A DNA stretch of 64,000 nucleotides, taken from the NCBI RefSeq assembly GCF_013315695.1, contig NZ_CP054353.1, one strand, 5' to 3'. The notes below the pieces were generated by a model. That model worked only from the letters and a program-made list of their open reading frames with translations. It did no database searches and had not been told where the DNA came from. Shown here in pieces: positions 52,837 through 62,706 of the stretch (its first letter is position 1; the number at the start of each line of letters is the position of its first letter). The position numbers and the translations under genes were made by a program. This DNA is from Escherichia coli. GTDB lineage: Bacteria; Pseudomonadota; Gammaproteobacteria; Enterobacterales; Enterobacteriaceae.

Positions 52837-53397
52837 ATGAACAAGTTTTTATTTGCCGCTGCATTGATCGTCAGTGGCCTGCTCGTTGGCTGTAACCAAC
52901 TCACCCAATACACCATCACCGAACAAGAAATTAACCAGTCGCTTGCGAAACATAATAATTTCTCAAAAGATATCGGTTTACCCGGCGTGGCTGACGCCCA
53001 TATTGTTCTGACAAACCTGACCAGCCAAATTGGTCGCGAAGAGCCGAATAAGGTTACCCTAACCGGAGACGCCAATCTGGACATGAACTCCCTGTTCGGT
53101 AGCCAGAAAGCGACCATGAAACTGAAGCTGAAAGCGCTGCCCGTGTTTGATAAAGAAAAAGGCGCGATCTTCCTGAAAGAGATGGAAGTGGTCGATGCGA
53201 CGGTACAACCGGAAAAAATGCAAACGGTGATGCAAACGTTGCTCCCCTATTTGAACCAGGCATTACGCAATTACTTTAACCAGCAACCTGCTTACGTCCT
53301 GCGCGAAGATGGCAGCCAGGGCGAAGCAATGGCGAAGAAACTGGCGAAAGGCATTGAAGTGAAGCCAGGCGAAATTGTCATTCCGTTTACTGATTAA
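52837..53397 (+). CDS. yceB: Lipoprotein YceB
   Basis: ORF-track 52636 start trimmed to ATG 52837 (MNKFLFAAALIVSGLLVGC..., lipobox), 186 aa. Confidence 0.9.
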   Translation: MNKFLFAAALIVSGLLVGCNQLTQYTITEQEINQSLAKHNNFSKDIGLPGVADAHIVLTNLTSQIGREEPNKVTLTGDANLDMNSLFGSQKATMKLKLKALPVFDKEKGAIFLKEMEVVDATVQPEKMQTVMQTLLPYLNQALRNYFNQQPAYVLREDGSQGEAMAKKLAKGIEVKPGEIVIPFTD

Positions 53398-53403
53398 TCA
53401 CGA

Positions 53404-53429
53404 GGGCGCATTCGCGCCCTTTATTTTTC
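53404..53429 (+). terminator. yceB intrinsic terminator
   Basis: Stem gggcgc/gcgccc with loop attc, followed by tttattttt. Confidence 0.7.
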
Positions 53430-53435
53430 GTGCAA

Positions 53436-53502
53436 AGGAAAACGTTTCCGCTTATCCTTTGTGTCCGGCAAAAACATCCCTTCAGCCGGAGCATAGAGAT
53501 TA
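53436..53502 (+). promoter_or_regulatory. pyrC regulatory region: PurR-box-like palindrome and leader hairpin over the SD
   Basis: ggaaaacgtttcc (core AAACGTTT) at 53438..53450; inverted repeat tccggc...gccgga (53464..53489) overlapping GGAG before the ATG at 53503. Confidence 0.5.
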
Positions 53503-54549
53503 ATGACTGCACCATCCCAGGTATTAAAGATCCGCCGCCCAGACGACTGGCACCTTCACCTCCGCGATGGCGACATGTTAAAAACTGTCGTGCCGTATAC
53601 CAGCGAAATTTATGGACGGGCTATCGTAATGCCCAATCTGGCTCCGCCCGTGACCACTGTTGAGGCTGCCGTGGCGTATCGCCAGCGTATTCTTGACGCC
53701 GTACCTGCCGGGCACGATTTCACCCCATTGATGACCTGTTATTTAACAGATTCGCTGGATCCGAATGAGCTGGAGCGCGGATTTAACGAAGGCGTGTTCA
53801 CCGCTGCAAAACTTTACCCGGCAAACGCAACCACTAACTCCAGTCACGGCGTGACGTCAGTTGACGCAATCATGCCGGTATTAGAGCGCATGGAAAAAAT
53901 CGGTATGCCGCTACTGGTGCATGGTGAAGTGACACATGCAGATATCGACATTTTTGATCGTGAAGCGCGCTTTATAGAAAGCGTGATGGAACCGCTACGC
54001 CAGCGTCTGACTGCGCTGAAAGTCGTTTTTGAGCACATCACCACCAAAGATGCTGCCGACTATGTCCGTGACGGAAATGAACGGCTGGCTGCCACCATCA
54101 CTCCGCAGCATCTGATGTTTAACCGCAACCATATGCTGGTTGGTGGCGTGCGTCCGCACCTGTATTGTCTCCCCATCCTCAAACGCAATATTCACCAACA
54201 GGCATTGCGTGAACTGGTCGCCAGCGGTTTTAATCGAGTATTCCTCGGTACGGATTCTGCGCCGCATGCACGTCATCGCAAAGAGAGTAGCTGCGGCTGC
54301 GCGGGCTGCTTCAATGCCCCAACCGCGCTGGGCAGTTATGCTACCGTCTTTGAAGAGATGAATGCTTTGCAGCACTTTGAAGCATTCTGTTCTGTAAACG
54401 GCCCGCAGTTCTATGGCTTGCCGGTCAACGACACATTCATCGAACTGGTACGTGAAGAGCAACAGGTTGCTGAAAGCATCGCACTGACTGATGACACCCT
54501 GGTGCCATTCCTCGCTGGGGAAACGGTACGCTGGTCCGTTAAACAATAA
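53503..54549 (+). CDS. pyrC: Dihydroorotase
   Basis: 348-aa [49 protein letters not shown]... Confidence 0.97.
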   Translation: MTAPSQVLKIRRPDDWHLHLRDGDMLKTVVPYTSEIYGRAIVMPNLAPPVTTVEAAVAYRQRILDAVPAGHDFTPLMTCYLTDSLDPNELERGFNEGVFTAAKLYPANATTNSSHGVTSVDAIMPVLERMEKIGMPLLVHGEVTHADIDIFDREARFIESVMEPLRQRLTALKVVFEHITTKDAADYVRDGNERLAATITPQHLMFNRNHMLVGGVRPHLYCLPILKRNIHQQALRELVASGFNRVFLGTDSAPHARHRKESSCGCAGCFNAPTALGSYATVFEEMNALQHFEAFCSVNGPQFYGLPVNDTFIELVREEQQVAESIALTDDTLVPFLAGETVRWSVKQ

Positions 54550-54585
54550 AAATCGTAGCTTCCTGTTGTCATTAGGTTATTTTAC

Positions 54586-54601
54586 CTGTATAAATAACCA
54601 G
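54586..54601 (+). promoter_or_regulatory. LexA (SOS) box upstream of dinI
   Basis: CTGTATAAATAACCAG matches CTG-N10-CAG, 22 bp upstream of the dinI ATG. Confidence 0.8.
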
Positions 54602-54622
54602 TATATTCAACAGGGGGCTATT

Positions 54623-54877
54623 ATGCGAATTGAAGTCACCATAGCGAAAACTTCTCCATTGCCAGCTGGGGCTATTGACGCCCTGGCAGGCGAACTTTCC
54701 CGCCGTATTCAGTATGCGTTTCCTGATAATGAAGGCCACGTATCGGTACGTTATGCCGCAGCGAATAATTTATCGGTTATTGGCGCGACAAAAGAAGATA
54801 AACAGCGCATTAGCAAATTCTCCAGGAAACGTGGGAAAGCGCCGATGACTGGTTTGTCAGCGAATAATATGCAGTGA
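54623..54877 (+). CDS. dinI: DNA-damage-inducible protein DinI, apparently with frameshifted C-terminus
   Basis: ATG 54623 gives MRIEVTIAKTSPLPAGAIDALAGELSRRIQYAFPDNEGHVSVRYAAANNLSVIGATKEDKQRIS then KFSRKRGKAPMTGLSANNMQ; the +1 frame reads ...QETWESADDWFVSE stop, matching the DinI C-terminus as I recall it. Confidence 0.8.
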   Translation: MRIEVTIAKTSPLPAGAIDALAGELSRRIQYAFPDNEGHVSVRYAAANNLSVIGATKEDKQRISKFSRKRGKAPMTGLSANNMQ

Positions 54878-54888
54878 TTTTTGTTTTT

Positions 54889-54911
54889 GCCGGGTCGCCC
54901 CGGCTTTTTTA
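54889..54911 (+). terminator. dinI intrinsic terminator
   Basis: Stem gccggg/cccggc with loop tcgc, followed by tttttt. Confidence 0.7.
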
Positions 54912-55156
54912 TTTTACTTGCGAATTGTGAGTACAAAATTTCTACACTTCCTCAAAATAATTGCACAATATGCTAAAAAAATATGAATGACATGCTGTTT
55001 TATTGTTCATATAAATCTTAAAAGCAGAAATTTATCTGTTCCCCCCTTTAAAAATTCGGTGAATACCCTTACTTATTGGTATACTGAAGTTGCTTCAGAT
55101 AAAAACGCATTGAACCTCGAATAACGTTGTCTAGTAACACGAATTAGGGGGCCATG

Positions 55157-55411
55157 ATGGAAAAAAATAATGAAGTCATTCAGACTCATCCGCTCGTAGG
55201 GTGGGACATCAGCACCGTTGATAGCTATGATGCGCTGATGTTGCGTTTGCACTACCAGACCCCAAATAAGTCCGAGCAGGAAGGGACTGAAGTTGGTCAG
55301 ACGCTCTGGTTAACCACTGATGTTGCCAGACAATTTATTTCGATATTAGAAGCAGGAATCGCCAAAATTGAATCCGGTGATTTCCCGGTAAACGAGTATC
55401 AGCGTCATTAA
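55157..55411 (+). CDS. bssS: Biofilm regulator BssS (YceP)
   Basis: 84-aa ORF MEKNNEVIQTHPLVGWDISTVDSYDALMLRLHYQTPNKSEQEG... Confidence 0.93.
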   Translation: MEKNNEVIQTHPLVGWDISTVDSYDALMLRLHYQTPNKSEQEGTEVGQTLWLTTDVARQFISILEAGIAKIESGDFPVNEYQRH

Positions 55412-55525
55412 CATGACATGACCATCCACCCAAAAGGCACCTCACCGGTGCCTTTACCATTTCTGGGTTGTATATCTGCATTCAGTTAATTACTCTGCTT
55501 AAACCATGAGAGCAGAGAGAAAAAA

Positions 55526-56644
55526 ATGAAATACGATCTCATCATTATTGGCAGCGGTTCCGTAGGCGCTGCCGCCGGGTATTATGCAACCCGCGCCGGT
55601 TTAAACGTGCTAATGACCGACGCCCATATGCCACCGCATCAACACGGCAGCCACCACGGCGATACGCGATTAATTCGCCATGCTTATGGTGAAGGTGAAA
55701 AGTATGTCCCGCTGGTCCTCCGCGCGCAAATGCTGTGGGATGAACTTTCCCGCCACAACGAAGATGATCCCATTTTTGTACGCTCTGGTGTCATTAACCT
55801 CGGTCCGGCTGACTCCGCATTTCTCGCCAACGTCGCCCACAGCGCCGAACAGTGGCAACTCAACGTTGAAAAGCTCGACGCGCAAGGGATTATGGCCCGC
55901 TGGCCAGAAATACGCGTCCCGGACAACTACATCGGTTTATTTGAAACTGATTCTGGTTTTTTGCGCAGCGAACTGGCGATTAAAACCTGGATCCAACTGG
56001 CGAAGGAAGCGGGCTGTGCGCAGCTGTTCAACTGCCCGGTCACCGCAATTCGTCATGACGATGATGGCGTAACTATTGAAACGGCTGACGGTGAGTATCA
56101 GGCGAAAAAAGCGATTGTCTGCGCGGGTACATGGGTAAAAGACCTACTCCCGGAGCTGCCTGTCCAGCCCGTACGCAAAGTATTTGCCTGGTATCAGGCC
56201 GATGGTCGCTATAGCGTGAAGAATAAATTCCCGGCATTTACCGGTGAGCTGCCCAATGGCGATCAATATTATGGTTTTCCGGCAGAAAACGACGCGTTGA
56301 AGATTGGCAAACATAACGGAGGCCAGGTTATCCATTCAGCGGATGAACGTGTTCCGTTTGCGGAAGTGGTCAGCGATGGTTCGGAAGCCTTCCCGTTCTT
56401 GCGCAATGTATTGCCGGGTATCGGTTGCTGCCTGTACGGCGCTGCCTGCACCTATGATAATTCGCCTGACGAAGATTTTATTATCGATACTCTACCCGCC
56501 CACGATAATACACTGCTCATTACCGGCCTGAGTGGGCACGGTTTTAAATTTGCGTCAGTTTTAGGGGAAATAGCTGCCGATTTTGCGCAAGACAAAAAAA
56601 GCGATTTTGATTTGACGCCATTCAGGCTTTCCCGCTTCCAATAA
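55526..56644 (+). CDS. solA: N-methyl-L-tryptophan oxidase SolA
   Basis: 372-aa [37 protein letters not shown]... (FAD-binding GxGxxG). Confidence 0.95.
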   Translation: MKYDLIIIGSGSVGAAAGYYATRAGLNVLMTDAHMPPHQHGSHHGDTRLIRHAYGEGEKYVPLVLRAQMLWDELSRHNEDDPIFVRSGVINLGPADSAFLANVAHSAEQWQLNVEKLDAQGIMARWPEIRVPDNYIGLFETDSGFLRSELAIKTWIQLAKEAGCAQLFNCPVTAIRHDDDGVTIETADGEYQAKKAIVCAGTWVKDLLPELPVQPVRKVFAWYQADGRYSVKNKFPAFTGELPNGDQYYGFPAENDALKIGKHNGGQVIHSADERVPFAEVVSDGSEAFPFLRNVLPGIGCCLYGAACTYDNSPDEDFIIDTLPAHDNTLLITGLSGHGFKFASVLGEIAADFAQDKKSDFDLTPFRLSRFQ

Positions 56645-56653
56645 TCATCATTA

Positions 56654-56678
56654 CGGCCTCCAGAATGAGGCCGTTTTT
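56654..56678 (+). terminator. solA intrinsic terminator
   Basis: Stem cggcctc/gaggccg with loop cagaat, followed by ttttt. Confidence 0.7.
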
Positions 56679-56805
56679 ACAGGAGTATTTAATGCGTCGG
56701 TTGGTGAACTATCTCATTAATAATATTCGCGAGCATCTGATGCTTTATCTTTTTCTCTGGGGACTATTAGCAATTATGGACCTAATCTACGTGTTTTATT
56801 TTTAG
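56665..56805 (+). CDS. yceO: Small hydrophobic protein YceO
   Basis: In-frame ATG at 56665 gives 46 aa ([46 protein letters not shown]); an internal ATG at 56692 has a better SD (AGGAG, 6-nt spacing) and gives 37 aa. Confidence 0.6.
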   Translation: MRPFLQEYLMRRLVNYLINNIREHLMLYLFLWGLLAIMDLIYVFYF

Positions 56806-57066
56806 TTTTTCCGCACTGACATAAACTGACAAATATTTAATCTCCCTTTCATTTAGCGTGAAAAATTGAATGAGATTCTTCCTGCCTCTACAGCACTCAC
56901 TAGACCTTCCAGATGCTTAACCCACTAAACTTATGAAGATTCTTTCATTATTAATTCAAAATTATTGAAATAAAAATAAATATCATTCAATTTGTTATTT
57001 TTGTGTTGCAATTCATTCTCCGACACGCCATTTTCTTTCTCTCGCAAATTCGTTTTGGATGCACTT

Positions 57067-57633
57067 ATGTCATTCACAAATACCCCTGAACGCTATGGTG
57101 TTATATCTGCGGCCTTCCATTGGCTAAGCGCAATTATTGTCTACGGCATGTTTGCTTTAGGTCTGTGGATGGTCACGCTCAGTTATTACGATGGCTGGTA
57201 TCACAAAGCACCCGAACTGCATAAAAGCATCGGTATTTTGTTAATGATGGGGCTGGTTATTCGCGTTCTGTGGCGCGTCATATCTCCACCGCCGGGTCCG
57301 CTGCAAAGTTATTCGTCAATGACTCGTCTTGGCGCAAAGGCTGGACATCTCGCATTGTACCTATTGCTGTTCGCCATCGGCATCAGCGGCTATCTGATCT
57401 CAACTGCCGATGGTAAACCGATCAGCGTTTTTGGCTGGTTTGACGTCCCCGCGACCCTCGCCGACGCTGGCGCACAGGCTGACTTTGCCGGTGCCCTGCA
57501 TTTTTGGCTCGCGTGGAGCGTCGTAGTACTGTCCGTTATGCACGGATTTATGGCCCTGAAGCATCATTTCATCGATAAAGACGACACTCTGAAGCGCATG
57601 CTGGGAAAGTCGTCATCTGACTATGGAGTATAA
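57067..57633 (+). CDS. yceJ: Cytochrome b561-family inner-membrane protein YceJ
   Basis: ORF trimmed to ATG 57067 (MSFTNTPERYGVISAAFHWLSAIIVYGMF...), 188 aa. Confidence 0.9.
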   Translation: MSFTNTPERYGVISAAFHWLSAIIVYGMFALGLWMVTLSYYDGWYHKAPELHKSIGILLMMGLVIRVLWRVISPPPGPLQSYSSMTRLGAKAGHLALYLLLFAIGISGYLISTADGKPISVFGWFDVPATLADAGAQADFAGALHFWLAWSVVVLSVMHGFMALKHHFIDKDDTLKRMLGKSSSDYGV

Positions 57634-57636
57634 AAA

Positions 57637-58212
57637 ATGAAAAAAAGCCTGCTTGGTTTAACCTTCGCTTCCCTGATGTTCTCTGCCGGTTCAGCGGTTG
57701 CCGCCGATTACAAAATTGACAAAGAAGGTCAGCACGCTTTTGTTAACTTCCGCATCCAGCATCTTGGCTATAGCTGGTTATATGGCACCTTTAAAGATTT
57801 CGACGGTACTTTTACCTTTGATGAAAAAAATCCGGCTGCCGATAAAGTGAATGTGACAATTAACACCACCAGCGTCGATACTAATCACGCCGAACGCGAT
57901 AAACATCTTCGCAGTGCAGATTTCCTCAATACTGCAAAATATCCACAGGCAACATTCACCTCCACCAGCGTGAAGAAAGACGGTGACGAATTGGATATTA
58001 CCGGCGATCTGACGCTGAATGGCGTAACCAAACCCGTCACGCTGGAAGCGAAATTAATTGGTCAAGGCGACGACCCGTGGGGTGGTAAACGTGCAGGCTT
58101 CGAGGCCGAAGGCAAAATTAAGCTCAAGGACTTCAATATCAAAACAGATTTAGGTCCAGCTTCTCAGGAAGTGGATCTGATTATTTCAGTGGAAGGCGTA
58201 CAGCAGAAGTAA
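57637..58212 (+). CDS. yceI: Periplasmic YceI-family protein
   Basis: 191-aa ORF with signal peptide [28 protein letters not shown]... Confidence 0.93.
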
Positions 58213-58222
58213 GAGTGAAATG

Positions 58223-58247
58223 TTGCCGGATGGCACGCATCCGGCAA
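58223..58247 (+). terminator. Hairpin between convergent yceI and trhO
   Basis: Perfect 10-bp inverted repeat ttgccggatg/catccggcaa with 5-nt loop, followed by a T-rich stretch. Confidence 0.55.
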
Positions 58248-58253
58248 TGATAT

Positions 58254-59306
58254 TTATTCTGTTGGATCAGGAATGCCCAGTGTTGTATTCAGACGTCCAC
58301 GAGACTTATTAAAGATCTTATTGCCATTTTCACGTCCTGCCCGACGGCGTCGCTGTTCTTCAGGCGGTAACGCGCTTTCTTCGCAGCAAATCTCACTACA
58401 ACAACCTTTGTATTTTTCCGCACATACTGGACACTGAATAAAAAGCAGGTGGCAGCCATCATTTTTACAGTTGGTATGGCTGTCGCACGGCGCACCGCAC
58501 TGGTGGCAATACGCGATAATCTCATCAGATATACGTTCGCCCATCCGCTCGTCAAAAACAAAATTTTTGCCAATAAAACGTACCGGTAAACCCTGCTCGC
58601 GCGCCTTGCGGGCGTATTCAATAATTCCGCCCTCGATATGCCAGACTTTATTGAATCCGTTATGTTTCATCCAGGCACTGGCCTTTTCACAACGAATGCC
58701 GCCGGTGCAGTACATAACGATTTTTTTATCTTTATGTGCCTGCATCATCTCGACTGCTTTTGGCAGCTGCTCACGGAAGGTATCTGCCGGAATTTCCAGC
58801 GCGTTTTCAAAGTGCCCCACTTCATACTCATAGTGGTTACGCATGTCGATAAACAATGCATCGGGATCGTCAAGCATGGCGTTCACTTCCGCCGCTTGCA
58901 GATACTCACCCACATTGCTGGCATCAAAGTGAGGATCGTCAATACCGTCGGCAACGATACGATCGCGGACCTTCATGCGCAGTACCCAGAAGGATTTCCC
59001 GTCATCATCCAACGCGATATTCAGGCGTAAGCCCTCTAAAGCCGGGTCGAAGGCATAAAGCTGCGCGCGAAATGTTTCAACATTGCTCGCAGGTACGCTG
59101 ATTTGCGCGTTAATGCCCTCATGCGCCAGATACACTCGCCCAAAAACATTCAGCGCGGTAAACAGCTGATATAAAGCGTCACGGGTCGCCTTAGGATCGG
59201 CGATGTGGAAATACTTATAAAACGAAATGGTGGTTCGCGGTTCGCTCTCAGCCAACATTTTGGCTTTTAACGCGTCGTTGGAAATGCGGTTGTGTAACAC
59301 TGGCAT
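58254..59306 (-). CDS. trhO: tRNA uridine(34) hydroxylase TrhO (YceA)
   Basis: ORF trimmed to ATG 59306 ([32 protein letters not shown]...), 350 aa; rhodanese domain and Cys-rich C-terminus. Confidence 0.93.
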   Translation of the reverse strand: MPVLHNRISNDALKAKMLAESEPRTTISFYKYFHIADPKATRDALYQLFTALNVFGRVYLAHEGINAQISVPASNVETFRAQLYAFDPALEGLRLNIALDDDGKSFWVLRMKVRDRIVADGIDDPHFDASNVGEYLQAAEVNAMLDDPDALFIDMRNHYEYEVGHFENALEIPADTFREQLPKAVEMMQAHKDKKIVMYCTGGIRCEKASAWMKHNGFNKVWHIEGGIIEYARKAREQGLPVRFIGKNFVFDERMGERISDEIIAYCHQCGAPCDSHTNCKNDGCHLLFIQCPVCAEKYKGCCSEICCEESALPPEEQRRRRAGRENGNKIFNKSRGRLNTTLGIPDPTE

Positions 59307-59530
59307 GGTGTACGGTTCCTGCGAGATGGGAAAGTAAAAATCCGCGGCATGATATAGCAATTATCGATAATTAACATCCACACATTTTACGCTACATTTG
59401 CGCATTAAAAATTATTTGTTATTTACAAGCGCGGCAATTTCGCCCAGTCTTCAGTCACAAATTTTGGTTGCGGACGAAAAAATGCGACAATACATACAAT
59501 TGCCCGTATAGGTTGAAAAACAGGATTGAT

Positions 59531-60451
59531 ATGACGAATCTACCCAAGTTCTCCACCGCACTGCTTCATCCGCGTTATTGGTTAACCTGGTTGGGTATTG
59601 GCGTACTTTGGTTAGTCGTGCAATTGCCCTACCCGGTTATCTACCGCCTCGGTTGTGGATTAGGAAAACTTGCGTTACGTTTTATGAAACGACGCGCAAA
59701 AATTGTGCATCGCAACCTGGAACTGTGCTTCCCGGAAATGAGCGAACAAGAACGCCGTAAAATGGTGGTGAAGAATTTCGAATCCGTTGGCATGGGACTG
59801 ATGGAAACTGGCATGGCGTGGTTCTGGCCGGACCGCAGAATCGCCCGCTGGACGGAAGTGATCGGCATGGAACACATTCGTGACGTGCAGGCGCAAAAAC
59901 GCGGCATCCTGTTAGTTGGCATCCATTTTCTGACACTGGAGCTTGGTGCGCGGCAGTTTGGTATGCAGGAACCGGGGATTGGCGTTTACCGCCCGAACGA
60001 TAATCCACTGATTGACTGGCTACAAACCTGGGGCCGTTTACGCTCAAATAAATCGATGCTCGACCGCAAAGATTTAAAAGGCATGATTAAAGCCCTGAAA
60101 AAAGGCGAAGTGGTCTGGTACGCACCGGATCATGATTACGGCCCGCGCTCAAGCGTTTTCGTCCCGTTGTTTGCCGTTGAGCAGGCTGCGACCACGACCG
60201 GAACCTGGATGCTGGCACGGATGTCCGGCGCATGTCTGGTGCCCTTCGTTCCACGCCGTAAGCCAGATGGCAAAGGGTATCAGTTGATTATACTGCCGCC
60301 AGAGTGTTCTCCGCCGCTGGATGATGCCGAAACTACCGCCGCGTGGATGAACAAAGTGGTCGAAAAATGCATCATGATGGCACCAGAGCAGTATATGTGG
60401 TTACACCGTCGCTTTAAAACACGCCCGGAAGGCGTTCCTTCACGCTATTAA
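59531..60451 (+). CDS. lpxL: Lipid A lauroyltransferase LpxL (HtrB)
   Basis: ORF trimmed to ATG 59531 ([28 protein letters not shown]...), 306 aa. Confidence 0.95.
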   Translation: MTNLPKFSTALLHPRYWLTWLGIGVLWLVVQLPYPVIYRLGCGLGKLALRFMKRRAKIVHRNLELCFPEMSEQERRKMVVKNFESVGMGLMETGMAWFWPDRRIARWTEVIGMEHIRDVQAQKRGILLVGIHFLTLELGARQFGMQEPGIGVYRPNDNPLIDWLQTWGRLRSNKSMLDRKDLKGMIKALKKGEVVWYAPDHDYGPRSSVFVPLFAVEQAATTTGTWMLARMSGACLVPFVPRRKPDGKGYQLIILPPECSPPLDDAETTAAWMNKVVEKCIMMAPEQYMWLHRRFKTRPEGVPSRY

Positions 60452-60622
60452 ATCTTCCATGCTGGATGCTTCAGAATGGCATCCGGCATTACCACAGAAA
60501 ATCCCCCTGATTTAGCGATAAAAGCTCTCTGGATTGCGCCCCCTGGAAGTCGGGCGCATAATTAGTGTGCTTATCTTTTCTTCTTATGTTCACCGCGCCT
60601 GGCGCACCAACAGCGGATTGCT

Positions 60623-61849
60623 ATGTCACCCTGTGAAAATGACACCCCTATAAACTGGAAACGAAACCTGATCGTCGCCTGGCTAGGCTGTTTTCTTACC
60701 GGTGCCGCCTTCAGTCTGGTAATGCCCTTCTTACCCCTCTACGTTGAGCAGCTTGGCGTTACCGGTCACTCCGCCCTGAATATGTGGTCCGGTATTGTCT
60801 TCAGCATTACATTTTTATTTTCGGCCATCGCCTCACCGTTTTGGGGTGGACTCGCCGACCGTAAAGGCCGAAAACTCATGCTATTACGCTCTGCTCTCGG
60901 CATGGGCATCGTGATGGTGTTGATGGGACTGGCACAAAATATCTGGCAGTTTTTGATCCTGCGGGCGCTTCTTGGTTTACTTGGCGGATTTGTCCCCAAC
61001 GCTAATGCTCTTATCGCCACACAAGTACCGCGTAATAAAAGCGGCTGGGCGCTGGGTACGCTCTCCACAGGCGGCGTTAGCGGCGCGTTGCTCGGCCCAA
61101 TGGCTGGCGGTTTGCTCGCTGATAGCTACGGCTTACGTCCGGTATTCTTTATTACCGCCAGTGTGCTCATACTCTGCTTTTTCGTCACCCTGTTTTGCAT
61201 CAGAGAAAAATTCCAGCCGGTCAGCAAAAAAGAGATGCTGCATATGCGGGAAGTGGTGACATCACTTAAAAACCCGAAACTGGTACTCAGCCTGTTTGTC
61301 ACTACGTTAATCATCCAGGTGGCGACGGGCTCAATTGCACCCATTCTGACGCTGTATGTCCGCGAACTGGCGGGTAACGTCAGTAACGTCGCTTTTATCA
61401 GTGGCATGATCGCCTCGGTGCCGGGCGTGGCGGCTCTGCTGAGTGCACCACGACTCGGCAAACTTGGCGATCGAATCGGACCCGATAAGATCCTGATTAC
61501 GGCGCTGATCTTTTCTGTACTGCTATTGATCCCAATGTCTTACGTTCAGACGCCATTACAACTTGGGATTTTACGTTTTTTGCTCGGTGCCGCCGATGGT
61601 GCACTACTCCCCGCCGTACAGACACTATTAGTTTATAACTCGAGCAACCAGATCGCCGGGCGTATCTTCAGCTATAACCAATCGTTTCGTGATATTGGCA
61701 ACGTTACCGGACCATTGATGGGAGCAGCGATTTCAGCGAACTACGGTTTCAGAGCGGTATTTCTCGTCACCGCTGGCGTAGTGTTATTCAACGCAGTCTA
61801 TTCATGGAACAGTCTACGTCGTCGTCGAATACCCCAGGTATCGAACTGA
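60623..61849 (+). CDS. mdtG: MFS multidrug efflux transporter MdtG (YceE)
   Basis: 408-aa [48 protein letters not shown]... Confidence 0.93.
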   Translation: MSPCENDTPINWKRNLIVAWLGCFLTGAAFSLVMPFLPLYVEQLGVTGHSALNMWSGIVFSITFLFSAIASPFWGGLADRKGRKLMLLRSALGMGIVMVLMGLAQNIWQFLILRALLGLLGGFVPNANALIATQVPRNKSGWALGTLSTGGVSGALLGPMAGGLLADSYGLRPVFFITASVLILCFFVTLFCIREKFQPVSKKEMLHMREVVTSLKNPKLVLSLFVTTLIIQVATGSIAPILTLYVRELAGNVSNVAFISGMIASVPGVAALLSAPRLGKLGDRIGPDKILITALIFSVLLLIPMSYVQTPLQLGILRFLLGAADGALLPAVQTLLVYNSSNQIAGRIFSYNQSFRDIGNVTGPLMGAAISANYGFRAVFLVTAGVVLFNAVYSWNSLRRRRIPQVSN

Positions 61850-61931
61850 TTTTTCGCCTTTCATACTTGCAAAAGCGGAGAATCAGCTATCCTTTTCCCT
61901 GAAACCTCATCAACTCAAAGGGAGAATCGTG

Positions 61932-62306
61932 ATGACCATGTACGCAACGCTTGAAGAAGCCATTGACGCTGCACGCGAAGAATTTCTTGCAGACAACCCC
62001 GGCATCGACGCCGAAGATGCGAATGTGCAACAGTTCAATGCCCAAAAATACGTTTTGCAGGACGGCGACATCATGTGGCAAGTTGAGTTTTTTGCCGACG
62101 AAGGGGAAGAAGGTGAATGTTTACCTATGCTTAGCGGTGAAGCCGCGCAAAGTGTTTTTGATGGCGACTATGATGAGATAGAGATCCGCCAGGAGTGGCA
62201 GGAAGAGAATACATTACATGAATGGGACGAGGGGGAATTTCAGCTTGAGCCACCGCTGGATACCGAGGAAGGACGCACAGCAGCTGATGAGTGGGATGAA
62301 CGTTAA
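61932..62306 (+). CDS. msyB: Acidic protein MsyB
   Basis: ATG at 61932 gives MTMYATLEEAIDAAREEFLADNPGIDAEDANVQQF..., 124 aa, highly acidic. Confidence 0.93.
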   Translation: MTMYATLEEAIDAAREEFLADNPGIDAEDANVQQFNAQKYVLQDGDIMWQVEFFADEGEEGECLPMLSGEAAQSVFDGDYDEIEIRQEWQEENTLHEWDEGEFQLEPPLDTEEGRTAADEWDER

Positions 62307-62534
62307 TCACTCATACGGGCCATGATGAATGTCGATCGGCAGCAGTAAAGTATCGAAAACCAGGGAGAATGGCAGATCAAGGATCGTGACGTAACGCCAG
62401 GCGGAGTCGCGCACGTCCCATTGCACACCGGGATAATATTGGTTGCCATGCCCCTGCCCCGGTATAGTGCGACTAATGATGCTGCCACAGCCACTCAGCA
62501 AGGTCACCATTATGCTCACCACAATTAAACGCAT
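62307..62534 (-). CDS. yceK: Lipoprotein YceK
   Basis: 75-aa ORF MRLIVVSIMVTLLSGCGSIISRTIPGQGHG... (lipobox LSGC). Confidence 0.85.
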   Translation of the reverse strand: MRLIVVSIMVTLLSGCGSIISRTIPGQGHGNQYYPGVQWDVRDSAWRYVTILDLPFSLVFDTLLLPIDIHHGPYE

Positions 62535-62550
62535 TTGATACCTCTTCCGT

Positions 62551-62584
62551 AAAAAAATACCGGCATAACGCCGGTATTTTTATT
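62551..62584. terminator. Hairpin with flanking A and T tracts upstream of yceK (likely end of the opgGH transcript)
   Basis: A7, stem ataccggc/gccggtat with loop ataac, then ttttatt. Confidence 0.5.
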
Positions 62585-62598
62585 GGCTCGTTGTTTTT

Positions 62599-62696
62599 GC
62601 CAGATGTGGCGTGAACGCCTTATCCGACCCACAAAATCTTGCAAAATCAATACATTGCAGGAGCGATGTAGGCCTGATAAGCGTAGCGCATCAGGC
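62599..62696. repeat. REP elements downstream of opgH
   Basis: gccagatgtggcgtgaacgccttatccgac and ggcctgataagcgtagcgcatcaggc. Confidence 0.5.
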
Positions 62697-62706
62697 AACT
62701 ACGTTT

